A stretch of 64,000 bases of DNA, taken from NCBI RefSeq assembly GCF_004010195.1, contig NC_057728.1:46528645-46592644 (forward strand), written 5' to 3'. Numbering within the stretch: position 1 is the first letter of the stretch; each line of letters starts with the position of its first letter. The notes beneath the pieces are model-generated. The model was not told the origin of the DNA, did no database searches, and saw only the letters and a program-made list of their open reading frames with translations. A program made the translations under genes and the position numbers. This DNA comes from Chiloscyllium plagiosum. Taxonomy: Eukaryota. Below are positions 53,001-64,000 of this stretch, one piece after another.

Positions 53001-53847
53001 ATGAAATATTCAATAGACTTTGGTAATGATACCAGAATTTCATTTTCATTATGCGAATTTCAGCCATGCCAGTTTTGTGCTATGAGCAGCATGGCTTAGT
53101 GGTTGCTGGCCATTGCATTGCCAGTGAGGTATGGCACCAGATTGCCAATGTTTATCCAGATCCTTTCAATGATGGCATTGGTGCAAGGATTGCCAGTCAT
53201 ACAGCACCTGTCTCCTAAATGGCAGACGGCTCTGGAAATGGCTGGTGGTAAGGTAGGAATACAAAGTGAGCGACACCACGGGGATAGGACGTAATTTTTA
53301 ATTGATTTATTGTCACATGTATCTTGTTGCAAAAATACAGTGAAAAGTGTTGTATGTTGTCTCGGGCACCATCTTAAAACACAGAAACCTAAACCAAAAC
53401 AAAGTATTGTAAAGGCAGAGAAATGAAGATATGAAGAAAGTGTTAAGTGCTCCACCATGGACCATAGGTCTGGTGGCCAGGCAGGAATTTCCTTTGCCAC
53501 ACCCTGCCGCTGGAATGGAAGTTGCCACCATTTGGCGCCATCTCACCTCCACCAACGCCCTCACCATGATGAATCCTCACTGGACCTTGCCAATGCAGGT
53601 GCCACTGATGCCGCCCAGTTCCGCAGCCAGCCCAAACCCGACTGCACCGCCAGGAGTCTGCTTTGGGCCCAACTCACCAACCCATTCGGTATGATATGGT
53701 GAAAAGTTGCGTTAGGCATTGGAATTCCCTCAAAAAACACAATGTTTCTGATGCTTATCCAAAGACAAATATTTCATCCTGATATATCTGAATGATTTGT
53801 ACCAGTACATAGCTGTCCTCTGGGAGGAAACTGAATCATCTGTCTTG

Positions 53848-54160
53848 AGTCATCAATTAGAGACATAGAAATGTATAGCACAGAAATAGACCCTTCGGTC
53901 CATCTCATCCATGCTGACCAGATATCCTAAATTAATCTAGTTCCATTTGCCAGCATTAGGCCCATATCCCTCTAAACCCTTCCTATTCATATACCCATCC
54001 AAATGCCTTTTAAATGTTGCAATTGTACCAGCCTCCACCACTTCCTCTGGCAGCACATTCCATACATGTGCCACCCTCTGCGTGAAAAAGTTGCCCCTTG
54101 GTCCCTTTTAAATCTTTCTGCTCTCATCCTAAACCTTTGCCCTCTCGCTCTGGACTCCTT
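53848..54160 (-). mobile_element. CR1 LINE 3' end
   Basis: Reverse complement of CR1 C-terminus and UTR. Confidence 0.85.
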
Positions 54161-56315
54161 CAACGATAAACTATTCTGTGCCTTACAGATTGGCACATCT
54201 TGCCACATGTATACACAACAATCCAGAAACTACCCCTGCTTTAGTCACAGTAAAGCTGTACAATTCCAATAGTTCACACTTGCAGATGGATTTGAAATTA
54301 CAGATTTAACCATATTTCCAGAAAGTCTACATACTTGGAATTACTTACTCCAAAGAGAGTTATTTGATCATTATTTCTAAATTCAGTCATCTCAACTTTC
54401 CTCTCTGAAATTCTCATTCCTTCATATTCTGCAGAACAATTTCCTTGTTGTAATCACCCTTTGTCATTTTTGGATTTTTAATATGCACTCATGTTTAATA
54501 TACACTGATGTTTAATGTGCACTGATGTTTCATCCCAGTTTAACTGCAGTCATTTGCTTCACTGATAATGCCTCTTGTTTCATGACTTTCTTTCAAGCCT
54601 CATCTTGTTATTTCTAATAGGCTAGTCTTGCTTCCGGCTGCAATTTCTGCTTGAGTGATTTTTCCTCATCTTTGTCAAATGTCCTTCAGACTATAAGATA
54701 TGTAGGATTTCTGAACCTGTGAAGCACATTACTGTGCCCTCGGAGGTCTGAACAGCAGCACCAGTTTCTAAATAGTGGCTGAAGCCAGTGCAATTTCTAC
54801 AGTAATGAAACTCATACTTTATATGTCGGGCCATTTACAAAGTCATTCATAGCTGTGGATGCAATGTTGGATGTCTGGACAGAGCAAATATGGGGTCAGT
54901 TTTAATCCATCAATATCACTTAAATGGAAAAGTTTGAGCTTCAGAATGAGTTTGATAGATTATTTCTCAATTTGCACTTGACTTTGTTCTGTCATATCGA
55001 AACGGGCCTACCCCTGAGTAGTTACAGCTATTGCTTGAAACAGATGGAAGGGCAGGCAGTGGAATGGTAGGCGGGAAGCTGGTGACCTAGTAGTATCATC
55101 GCTGGCCTGTTAGTCTAGAGATCCAGATAATGTTCTGGGGACCTGGGTTTAAAATCTAGCAGATGGTGGAATTGGAATTAAATTAAAAATAAATGTGGAA
55201 TTAAGAGTCTAATAATGACTGTGAATTTGTTGTCGATTGTTGGAAAAAGCCATCTAATGTCCTTTAAGGAAGGAAACTGCTGTCCTTACCTGGTCTGACC
55301 TACATATGACACCACACTCATAGCAATGTGGTTGACTTTTAACTATCCTCTGGGCAATTAAAGATGGGCAATAAGTACTGCTTAGACAGATTGAATGAAT
55401 AATGGGGGGAAAAAGGCTACTGTGGTAGTTATTCAGAACCCCAAAGTCATGCTTTTTGGGGGTTATGAGTTCAAATCCCATTCATGGTGAAATATGAATT
55501 CAATACAAAATAAAGTCTGAATTAAAAGCTAATAGAATGCTTGCCATATTGCCACTTCATTGTCATAAAGCACCCCTAACCCCTTCAGGGAAGGCAATCT
55601 GTTATTATTACCTATGTGTGACTCCAGACCTACAGTAATGTTGTTGACTTTGAACTGCTCACCGATGAGCAGTAAGTGGAGCAGTAAAAATGCAGTAGGA
55701 ATCTTAACCTGATGACGTAGTTAGGATCTTTGTTTTGCTGTTTTTGACTTCAATGGAGATTAATTCTTTTGTTCATGTGTTTACCTGCCTTTTCTGGTGT
55801 AAGGAAATTAAAAATTTGTGTGTTTGTTGAGATTGAAGGAACAAATATATTTCTGTTACTACAGACCACTGCTGACCCAGGATCACCATCATGTAGTCTT
55901 GCCTTCACTATGTATGTGGGACTTACCATAGACTTCTTACATGGCTGACATCACAGCATTGAGGGTCAGCCATTTGATATTAGCAGCTCACTGTCATATT
56001 CAAATGAGATCTTGGCCAACACATTCCACATACTGGCTGATCAGAATTTTAAATCCGTTCAGTAAAAACTAAATGAATGCAAGCAATTCAGCAGAAATGC
56101 CAGGACTGTGTGACAAGTATTTTAGAAAAAGCCCAATACGTGTCTCGTTACTTATGCCAAGGTAACGGGAAAAGGGATGAAGCAATGTTAGAAAAATATT
56201 GCAGAGTAAAGGAACTCGCTACACAGGTAGGTTAATCAGAACATCTCAGGATTCAACCATTGATTGATGGCTTCTGAAATGATGCACTGACCTGATTGTT
56301 ATACTGTGGCATCTA

Positions 56316-56416
56316 GGGCTGAAAAGTGTGGCGCTGGAAAAGCACAGTAGATCAGGTCATCCGAGGAGCAGGAGAGTCAACATTTCAAGCATAAATCCTT
56401 GATCAGGGCCACACGC
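56316..56416 (-). mobile_element. Short family A terminal-repeat insertion, hammerhead decayed
   Basis: 9-bp direct repeat tggcatcta (56307-56315, 56417-56425). Confidence 0.7.
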
Positions 56417-58936
56417 TGGCATCTACCCAATTGGTAACATTGGAACATGCCTCAAGTTGTCTGTTACTATCACTGGGTCATCCTTATCCTTATGCTAAAA
56501 CTTAGCTGCAGGAGCACTTCTCAACAAATGTCTGTTGTCTGCCTCCTTGTTGAAGTGGACTATGTAAAGAGAGTTGACAAAGTTCAATGTCAGATAGATG
56601 CCTGAATAATTGTTGGGATAAGGTCAGTGACATTGTGTTGGATTCAAACAATTGAACTGTATTGATGTTGCATGCTTTATTTTAATGTAGCACACATAAT
56701 TAAGCAATTCTGAAATACAAGTCAGCATTGTAATTAGCCAAATCTTCCTTTACCTTTGTTGTATCATTACACCTTCTCCCTGCACTTCCTTTGAAGATAG
56801 GATCCATGGTTTACCAAATCAACGTGTAAGCTCTTGTGTTTTTAGATGGCATAATGTGACCATACTGTTAGATGGACGCATAATTTCTCTGCTGGAGCCC
56901 ACTATAAATGGCATCTCTCCACTTTATAAACTTATATATTGAGGGATCCTCATGGCGAACAGTAGTGTACACCATAGAAACTAAATTACAAAGTATTTCA
57001 GAAATTATCCTAAAGTCAGGTCCAATCTCTAATAGATTTAGACGGCTTTTGCAAAGATATATACTAGATGTGAAAGCTTCCTATGTCCACTGCTCTTTCC
57101 ACAGAAATCCATGCTTGATGAAAAAGCAGTGGAGACCTGGAGTTAAAGGCTTCCACACACATTTCTAACCTAGATATGCTCTAAGCTACCTGTTTAGAGT
57201 TACTACTCCTCACCTCTGAAGCAGGTGGGAGTTAAACGCAGGTCCTCCAGTTGTAAGTGCACAATCGCTGTGCCACAAGAGCCCTAATAAGCAGTCTATC
57301 ATTGCTCATGATCTTGCACATATTAAGCTTAATAGAAATGAAACCAACTTGAATGAATGGCCTCTGTTTAATGATTCTAACCTCAAACCCATAGTAAAGC
57401 AGTGTGTCAACTATCTTCAAAGTGTAAGACTGTGGCAGCAGAAGTGCTGCCTCCCAATCTAATCTCTTTACAGAAAGCAGTTGGGCTTCAATTTAATGCA
57501 ATTCATCAGTTACCATGGTTTAACATCGTAAATGTGTTTAAATACTGCCCTAGCAGCCATAAACTCCTTTCTCTAATGTGTTTCAATTGTGCCAGAGTTA
57601 AGTGCTGAGAAAATGAGACAGGTTGATGCTTTTAGGGTACCTGGGATTTGGTTAGCTTACTTGGCTGGACAGCTGATGTAACAATGTAGATTGACCCCAG
57701 CAGTGTGGATTCAATTTCCACACTACTTGAGGTTACCATGAAGGGCTATCTTTTTCAGCCTGTTCTCCATGTTAAATCCATCAGTCATCTCTTCCTAGTG
57801 AGAGCCAGAGTGAGTGTCCTGTTTTGGGCAACCAATGAACAGTATCATAGTACTTATCCAATAGGCTCATGATTGATCATGAGTATTGAAGCCAAGGTGA
57901 GTGTTACAGTATAGTTACTTGAAGGTTTCCAGAATCATTGTGGTCTTTGCTTCTTACAGAACCCAGGCATCCAAAGAAGCATTGCCATATGGTGGAAATA
58001 GAAATATGAAACTGATAACAATGAGAAATTTGGAATAATCACTTTGATATCCATTCATACTTTATAAGGATGCCATGGAATCACTGACCTTTTCAGTTTG
58101 AGTTTATTATTCTTATGATTAACAGTTTAGGAATTTGTTCAATTGGTTTATTATAGAAGCATTTTATTGGTGAGCTTAGTGAGGCTATTTGCAATATAAC
58201 TGATCTCACAGGGAGCTAACTGAATAAAGTCTTCCAAATCAATGTTTTAAACATAATACTACAAATTTAAAAATGAATAACTATTTTTCTTGTATATATA
58301 CTGATCATTTCAGATTATTTTGTTGATTTAATCCATTGTCTGCTCATTCACTCTACAGCACTCAAAATGTGTACAGAGATTATTTTATAATCGATAACCA
58401 CTATTTCTGCAATTTTGTAATGTCTTAGTAATCCCTCGCATCAGTAAAGCAGGTTGTGAGCAATCACTTTTTATTTGCATACTTACAGATTATAAAAGGT
58501 ATTGAAATGCTAAATTACATGGATGCAAATTGTAATATAAAAATTAAGATGCAAAAGCACAATAGTAACTAAGTTTGCAAATACTGTACTGTAAAATTGA
58601 GGTGATTGTAGAAAGCTATACAGATTGTAGAAAGCTATACAGATCCTTTGCAATAACACTGATAACAAAGTACATGGTTTGTTACTTGTAAAATATATTG
58701 AGAAGGAATATAGTACCAAAGGTTTCTTCTGAAGCAAATCTTTTCTGAAAGTATGGAATTTATAAGATTAGATGTAAAACTAAAGCCATTTATATAAAAT
58801 TTTCAATAATTGTCTAATACCTTTGTTACATTATTACCTAATATTGCCGAATACCTTTCAGGTTTTCAACTAAAAATATTATTTGAAACTGTTATTAAAA
58901 CTGTAAGTAATTGCATTTTTGCTCTTTCTTTTTCAG

Positions 58937-59867
58937 TTCATTGCCTTTGCCTCTTTATTGTTCATCCTCGTCTCAATCACCACCTTTTGCCTCGAGACAC
59001 ATGAGGCATTTAACAAGATTGTTAACAAAACAGAACATGTAATAAATGGGAATTCATCTCAATTAATCCAACATCTTGAGATGGAAACAGACCCAGCATT
59101 GACATACATCGAAGGTGTATGTGTAGTATGGTTTACTATTGAATTTTTAGTTCGAATTATCTTCTGCCCTGATAAACTTGAATTCATCAAAAATCTTCTA
59201 AATATTATTGACTTTGTTGCAATTTTACCCTTTTATTTGGAGGTGGGACTCCGTGGACTTTCATCAAAGGCTGCAAAAGATGTGCTGGGCTTCCTCAGGG
59301 TGGTAAGGTTTGTCAGAATTTTGCGAATCTTCAAGCTAACCCGTCACTTTGTGGGGTTGAGAGTTCTTGGACACACTCTCCGTGCTAGCACTAATGAATT
59401 TCTGCTCTTAATCATTTTCTTGGCACTGGGTGTGTTGATATTTGCTACAATGATTTACTATGCTGAGAGAATCGGAGCAAACCCAAATGATCCAACAGCT
59501 AGTCACCACACCAAGTTCAAAAATATCCCTATTGGATTCTGGTGGGCAGTCGTAACCATGACAACACTTGGATATGGAGACATGTACCCTCAGACCTGGT
59601 CGGGCATGTTAGTAGGAGCTCTCTGTGCCCTTGCGGGCGTGCTGACAATAGCAATGCCTGTACCAGTTATTGTCAATAATTTTGGAATGTACTATTCACT
59701 GGCCATGGCAAAACAGAAGCTTCCAAGAAAGAGAAAGAAACACATCTCCCAAGCTCCACAAGCAGGGTCTCCAACTTACTGCAAAACTGATCTGAATACG
59801 CCTTGCAACAGCACTCAAAGTGATGTGTGTCCTTTTGGGAAAGATAAGCTGGAGTGTAACAGGACAG
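58937..59867 (+). CDS. KCNC2: Voltage-gated K+ channel Kv3.2, large internal coding exon (S1-S6, pore, proximal C-terminus)
   Basis: Translation [25 protein letters not shown]...S4 [18 protein letters not shown]...pore [12 protein letters not shown]...S6 [10 protein letters not shown]...[11 protein letters not shown]. Exon start [14 protein letters not shown] and NSTQSD match my recollection of Kv3.2 rather than Kv3.1/3.3/3.4. Acceptor tctttctttttcag (AG 58935-58936, phase 0); donor ACAG|gtaaga (phase 1). Confidence 0.96.
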
Positions 59868-61114
59868 GTAAGACAAAAATGGAAAATACGTACCTGGTAA
59901 GCTCTGGACATAGACCAGTCCAATCAACATCATTGAAAAATCACCACAGTATAAAGCTGTCGATTTAAAAAGTTACGCTATCTAACTTTTTAACCACAGT
60001 CATGAGCAAGGCATGATGCATGGATTTGTTCTATAGAATTGTTCTAAAGTAAGTTACCATAATCGTTTCAGGCCCAACTAAAGCTTCCTAATGGAAATAT
60101 TGGCAGCATTGTACCTACTATCCCTATTAAACAAACAATATAGATTTTGTGAAACTGAATCAGTATTTGGTGAAATGATACATTTTGCTAACCGTTCAAT
60201 TCATTTCATACAGAACTCTTCAAACAAAAAGAAAAATCATTTTAATTTACCTTTGGGGATGTGGGAGTGACAATTTTCAACTTGCGTTCCACCTGTTCCT
60301 CAGCTGATTAAAAACAGAAGGCTGCCAAAACTTGATAGTGGGTCAGGACTTTGAGTTAACACTTCAGGCCTTTATAACACAATCTGCACATTTCCAGCCA
60401 GAAGCTTTTTAATGTATTCAAATCGAAGTCCTCCAACAGTAGTAGGGCCCTGGTTTCCACTGTCAGGTGTAAATGGCACATATGCACCATGAACTCTTTC
60501 CTGATCTGTGCCAGATTTTCAAAGGCCCAATCTACTGAGTTTTTGGGAGGAAAATTAGAAACCTGCTCAAAAGTACTTCGGTATAGTTTTGTTGCTTATT
60601 TTGGGGGGTTGGGAAGTACCAGTCATTTTAGTTTCACTCCTGCATTTCCCTGATGACATTGGCCAGGCAGCATAAATACTATGCCAGCCTCCTGCCTTCC
60701 TCGGGTGGAGGATGAAGGTGGTCCATGGAGTATCTTCCAGTCAAATATGTAGAGTATCTGTAACAAGTTTTAAAGATTTGCTTTGCCATTGAAGAACAGC
60801 AGCTTCGGCATTTTGTGAAGTACTTTTTTTTCCATAGCACTCTTTCTGAAGGCTGTAAAATTATCTACTAATTTAAAATTCCATGATGATAGTGAGATCA
60901 TATATAGCAAATGAAGAAATGGCATGAGATCACGTTAATAGTTTGATACTTATACACACAGCAGTTGTGATTCTAATTTATTGTGCTTAGCATTAATTGT
61001 ACAGTAATAGCCACAAAATGCAGCATATCCCTCCATCAACTCAAAGGTGCAGCCATTGCCATTTTGAAAGGGCCTACTACTGGTTGCCATCATACACATA
61101 AAGCAAAATATTAC

Positions 61115-61312
61115 TGGTGCTAGAAATCCAAAACATAAACAAAATATGCTAGAAATACTCAACAGGTCACATAGTATCTGCAGAGAGAAGCTGTTTATGT
61201 TTCAGGCTGATGGTCTTACAACAGAACTGTCAGAAAGGTCATCAACCTGAAATGCTAATTCTTGTTTCTCTCCACAGGTGCTACCTGCTGAGCATTTCTG
61301 GCATTTTTATTT
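61115..61312. mobile_element. Old head-to-head PLE terminal pair
   Basis: atgctagaaatactcaacaggtc..tttcaggctgatg mirrored by catcaacctgaaa..cctgctgagcatttctggcat. Confidence 0.6.
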
Positions 61313-61389
61313 TAACACCCTCTTATACTTGCCTGGTTCGCCAGAAGTCCTCTTTCAGTAAACAAATTGGAGTCCAAAAACAAAGAAGC

Positions 61390-61696
61390 ATCATAAAGTT
61401 AAGGTTAAAGTTATTCATGTCGGCTGAAATCTTCCCCCACCGCTCATTTGTGATAAACTAGCAGATGCAGTTTTGTGACCATCTCCTGAAGAGAGACTTC
61501 CTATCATTGGTCCAGCAACAAGGTCAAAAACAAGAGGGACAATCATAAAGTTAAGGTTAAAGTTATTCATGTCGGCTGAAATCTTCCCCCACTGCTCATT
61601 TGTGATAAACTAGCAGATGCAGTTTTGTGACCATCTCCTGAAGAGAGGCTTCCTATCATTGGTCCAGCAACAAGGTCAAAAACAAGAGGGACAATC
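61390..61696 (+). repeat. 152-bp tandem duplication containing a decayed copy of KCNC2 exon sequence
   Basis: Units 61390-61541 and 61542-61693 differ at two positions that I can see. Confidence 0.92.
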
Positions 61697-62397
61697 TTTT
61701 TAAAATTTATTTATGCAACGTGCATTTCTTGCCCACCCCCACCTTACCTGAGGAATTGATCCTACATTTTGTGTAATTTCCTCTTTCAAAGCTTTGCACA
61801 ACATTAAGGTTAGTTTTGAAATCTTGAATATTATTAGCTTCACAATGTTCACAACCAGGGTCTACTCAATGGTATCTACAATTACTTCTAAAAAAATAAT
61901 TTACAAAATCTGGCAATTATGAACTTGCATGCAAAGGGAAAATGGGCAGTCAGTCTTCTGATTTGTTATTCCCTCTCCCTTCATATTATTAATAAAACAA
62001 ACTTCATTGCCTTAATATTTAAGTGGCAATCTTAAGGCAAATTTTCTGATCAGTACATTTAATCACATGGATGAAGAATATCATGCCATATATGGAGCCA
62101 TTTTGGCTTTCCATCCAGTTAAACTAATGTGAGTTCTCCATTACATGAGCATTTTCAATGCTGTGAGATCCAGCCAACCCTTTACACTGCTATACAAGAT
62201 GACAAGAAATAACCCTCCAGTTCAATGTGAAATACTGTACAAGGTATCAAGAACCCTTGAGAATTTTGAGATAGTGTAATTCAAGCTGATATACAAAAAG
62301 AATTTTGGTTACATTTCATCGAGAATGCAACTACAGAATTAAATGCAGTCTACAAAACGAAAGCAAGACTGATATCTAAAACCGCCACACAGATTTC

Positions 62398-62598
62398 CTA
62401 GAGTCAAAACAAACCGCAGATGCTGGAATCCAAAGTAGACAGGCAGGAGGTTGGAAAAACATAGCAAGCCAGGCAGCATCAGGAGGTGGAGAAGTCACTG
62501 TTTCACGTGTAACCCTTCTTCAGGAGACTTGAAACATCTACTTCTCGACCTCCTGTTGCTGCCTGGCTTGCTGAGTTCTTCCAACCTCCTGCCTGTCT
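62398..62598. mobile_element. Head-to-head PLE terminal-repeat insertion (family A variant) with decayed hammerhead on minus strand
   Basis: 11-bp direct repeat acacagatttc (62387-62397, 62599-62609); minus strand CTGAAGA A GGGT TAC ACGT GAAA. Confidence 0.75.
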
Positions 62599-63228
62599 AC
62601 ACAGATTTCTCAAGCACTTTAAAGTATAATATTCATGTATTGTTTCAAAAAAACATTTTTTGTTACATTCATATGGAAATCTCAGCAACACTATTTTTAA
62701 ACTTTAACTGAACATTTTCAACTAAACTATAAATTGTTCACTCTCTGTGATATAAGCAGAATAGAACATTACTTGTTTTAGTACCATTCAATGAAACCAA
62801 CATTCATAGAAATCTGCCTTCCAATCAATAAATATTAGCTTGCTGATTGCTATACTGTATGATAGTATATATTTGTGCTCATAATGTATTCATGCATTTG
62901 AGGTGGAATGGTCTATATTACAATCTGCATTTGTAACAGTAGTGCATGCTGCAAATTCTCTCTTTGCTATATGTGACAATGCATGGTCATTTTAATAACT
63001 GTTAGCTGTGATGGAATCCTTTTCGCCAGTGTGTGCCTTGCCCCTTACCTAATATGTTTGACATTGTTGCTGCTTTGCCATGCCTTGTTTGTTTATTGAT
63101 AAGAAATTAGGATTTGAAAGGTCATATCATCCATAATCTTGCATGTCTCTATTATGAATTCAGATTGTAGAATGTTTTGAACTAGCAGTATACATTCAGT
63201 ACAATAAATAGAATGGTGATGTGAACAG

Positions 63229-63393
63229 TGTTGTCAGGTGAAGACAGTGCAGGAAGTGACCAACCACTATCTCCTGAAGAGAGGCTTCCAATCAGACGGT
63301 CTAGCACCAGGGACAAAAACAGAAGCGGGGGAACATGTTTCTTGCTGACAACAGGTGATTATGCGTGTGCTACTGATGGAGGGATCAGGAAAG
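63229..63393 (+). CDS. KCNC2: Kv3.2 C-terminal coding exon (165 nt, phase 1-1)
   Basis: Joined to the previous exon gives [58 protein letters not shown], closely matching mammalian Kv3.2 ([31 protein letters not shown]...GGIRK). Acceptor aacag|TG, donor AAAG|gtatgc; phases are compatible. Confidence 0.95.
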
Positions 63394-64000
63394 GTATGCA
63401 ATTCTTAGAAAGCTCAAATTAACTTTTGACATTAAATACATAAACTAATTTAGAAAATGTGCATTTCTCATATCATACTTTTCTGTGCAGTCATTTTTCT
63501 TGTAATGCATTAGCTAATGAACATCCTGGTATACATTTTTAAGTGTGCATTTGTGTATGTTTTAAATCTAATCAAATTACAGTCAGTTCTCACACATCTA
63601 AGTTAATCAGTTAGCACAGACATATCCTGATAGTTCACCTTTAATATTTAACCCATAAGATGCATTCCATTGCTTGATCATTTAGAATGGCACAGACTAT
63701 CCTGAGCCAAGCAAATTTTGATCTTCTCATTTGCCTTTACCTCAGTTTATTAATTAAGTAAGAATGCAAACTATATTTTTCTAATTTCTATTCAATGAAG
63801 TAATTTCAAAAGGTATTAATTTCAGAAATGCCTTTCTGTTTCAAAATGTTTTTCTCAACTGGTCAGAATTAACCATGCTATAAAAATATTTAGTATCCTC
63901 TTAAAGGCAAGAAATGCAAATTTCTTTGTGCTCCTTTCTGCACTTTTTTATTACATTCCTTAAAGTTATTTTTTGCACAGAGGCAGCTATAATCCCAGAT

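Larger units (their letters stand above)
1..58936 (+). other. KCNC2: Distal part of the long KCNC2 intron preceding the S1-S6 exon
   Basis: No T1-domain exon or other host-like coding exon seen upstream of 58937; region is repeat-rich non-coding DNA. Confidence 0.8.

Noticed and set aside
58604..58643. 19-bp tandem duplication (also 22707-22747, 24926-24948)
   Set aside because: Ordinary slippage duplications with no sign of function.
58919..59968. 349-aa ORF as a complete gene
   Set aside because: Starts at TTG in the polypyrimidine tract and lacks the T1 domain; it is an internal exon plus intronic flanks.
61390..61696. CRISPR-like array
   Set aside because: Eukaryotic context; two long units without spacers.
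63299..63319. RE1/NRSE-like site (tctAGCACCAGGGACAaa)
   Set aside because: Lacks the conserved C before AGCACC and G after GGACA; explained by SSTRDK codons.

Overview
Vertebrate (very probably shark / cartilaginous fish, judged from HE1/V-SINEs, CR1 LINEs and other repeat families) genomic DNA. The window is the distal ~59 kb of a long intron plus two coding exons of the Shaw-type potassium channel gene KCNC2 (Kv3.2) on the + strand: the large S1-S6 exon (58937-59867) and a 165-nt C-terminal exon (63229-63393). The T1-domain exon and the terminal exon(s) lie outside the window. The introns are packed with decayed CR1 LINEs (one near full-length with SGNH-esterase ORF1), tRNA-derived SINEs, Harbinger transposase relics and many Penelope-like element (PLE) ends. 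Most other ORFs in the track are repeat fragments or noise. Most notable observations: (1) at least three distinct PLE-associated repeat families carry minimal type-I hammerhead ribozyme motifs, several with intact cores, in short TSD-flanked insertions, often head-to-head; one is nested in the catalytic core of another, one has captured an inverted copy of nearby host DNA, and one is circularly permuted; (2) the intron before the 165-nt exon holds a tandemly duplicated, decayed copy of part of that exon; (3) that exon has a purine-rich acceptor preceded by a TGCATG cluster. Repeat boundaries are by eye and approximate unless a TSD is given.
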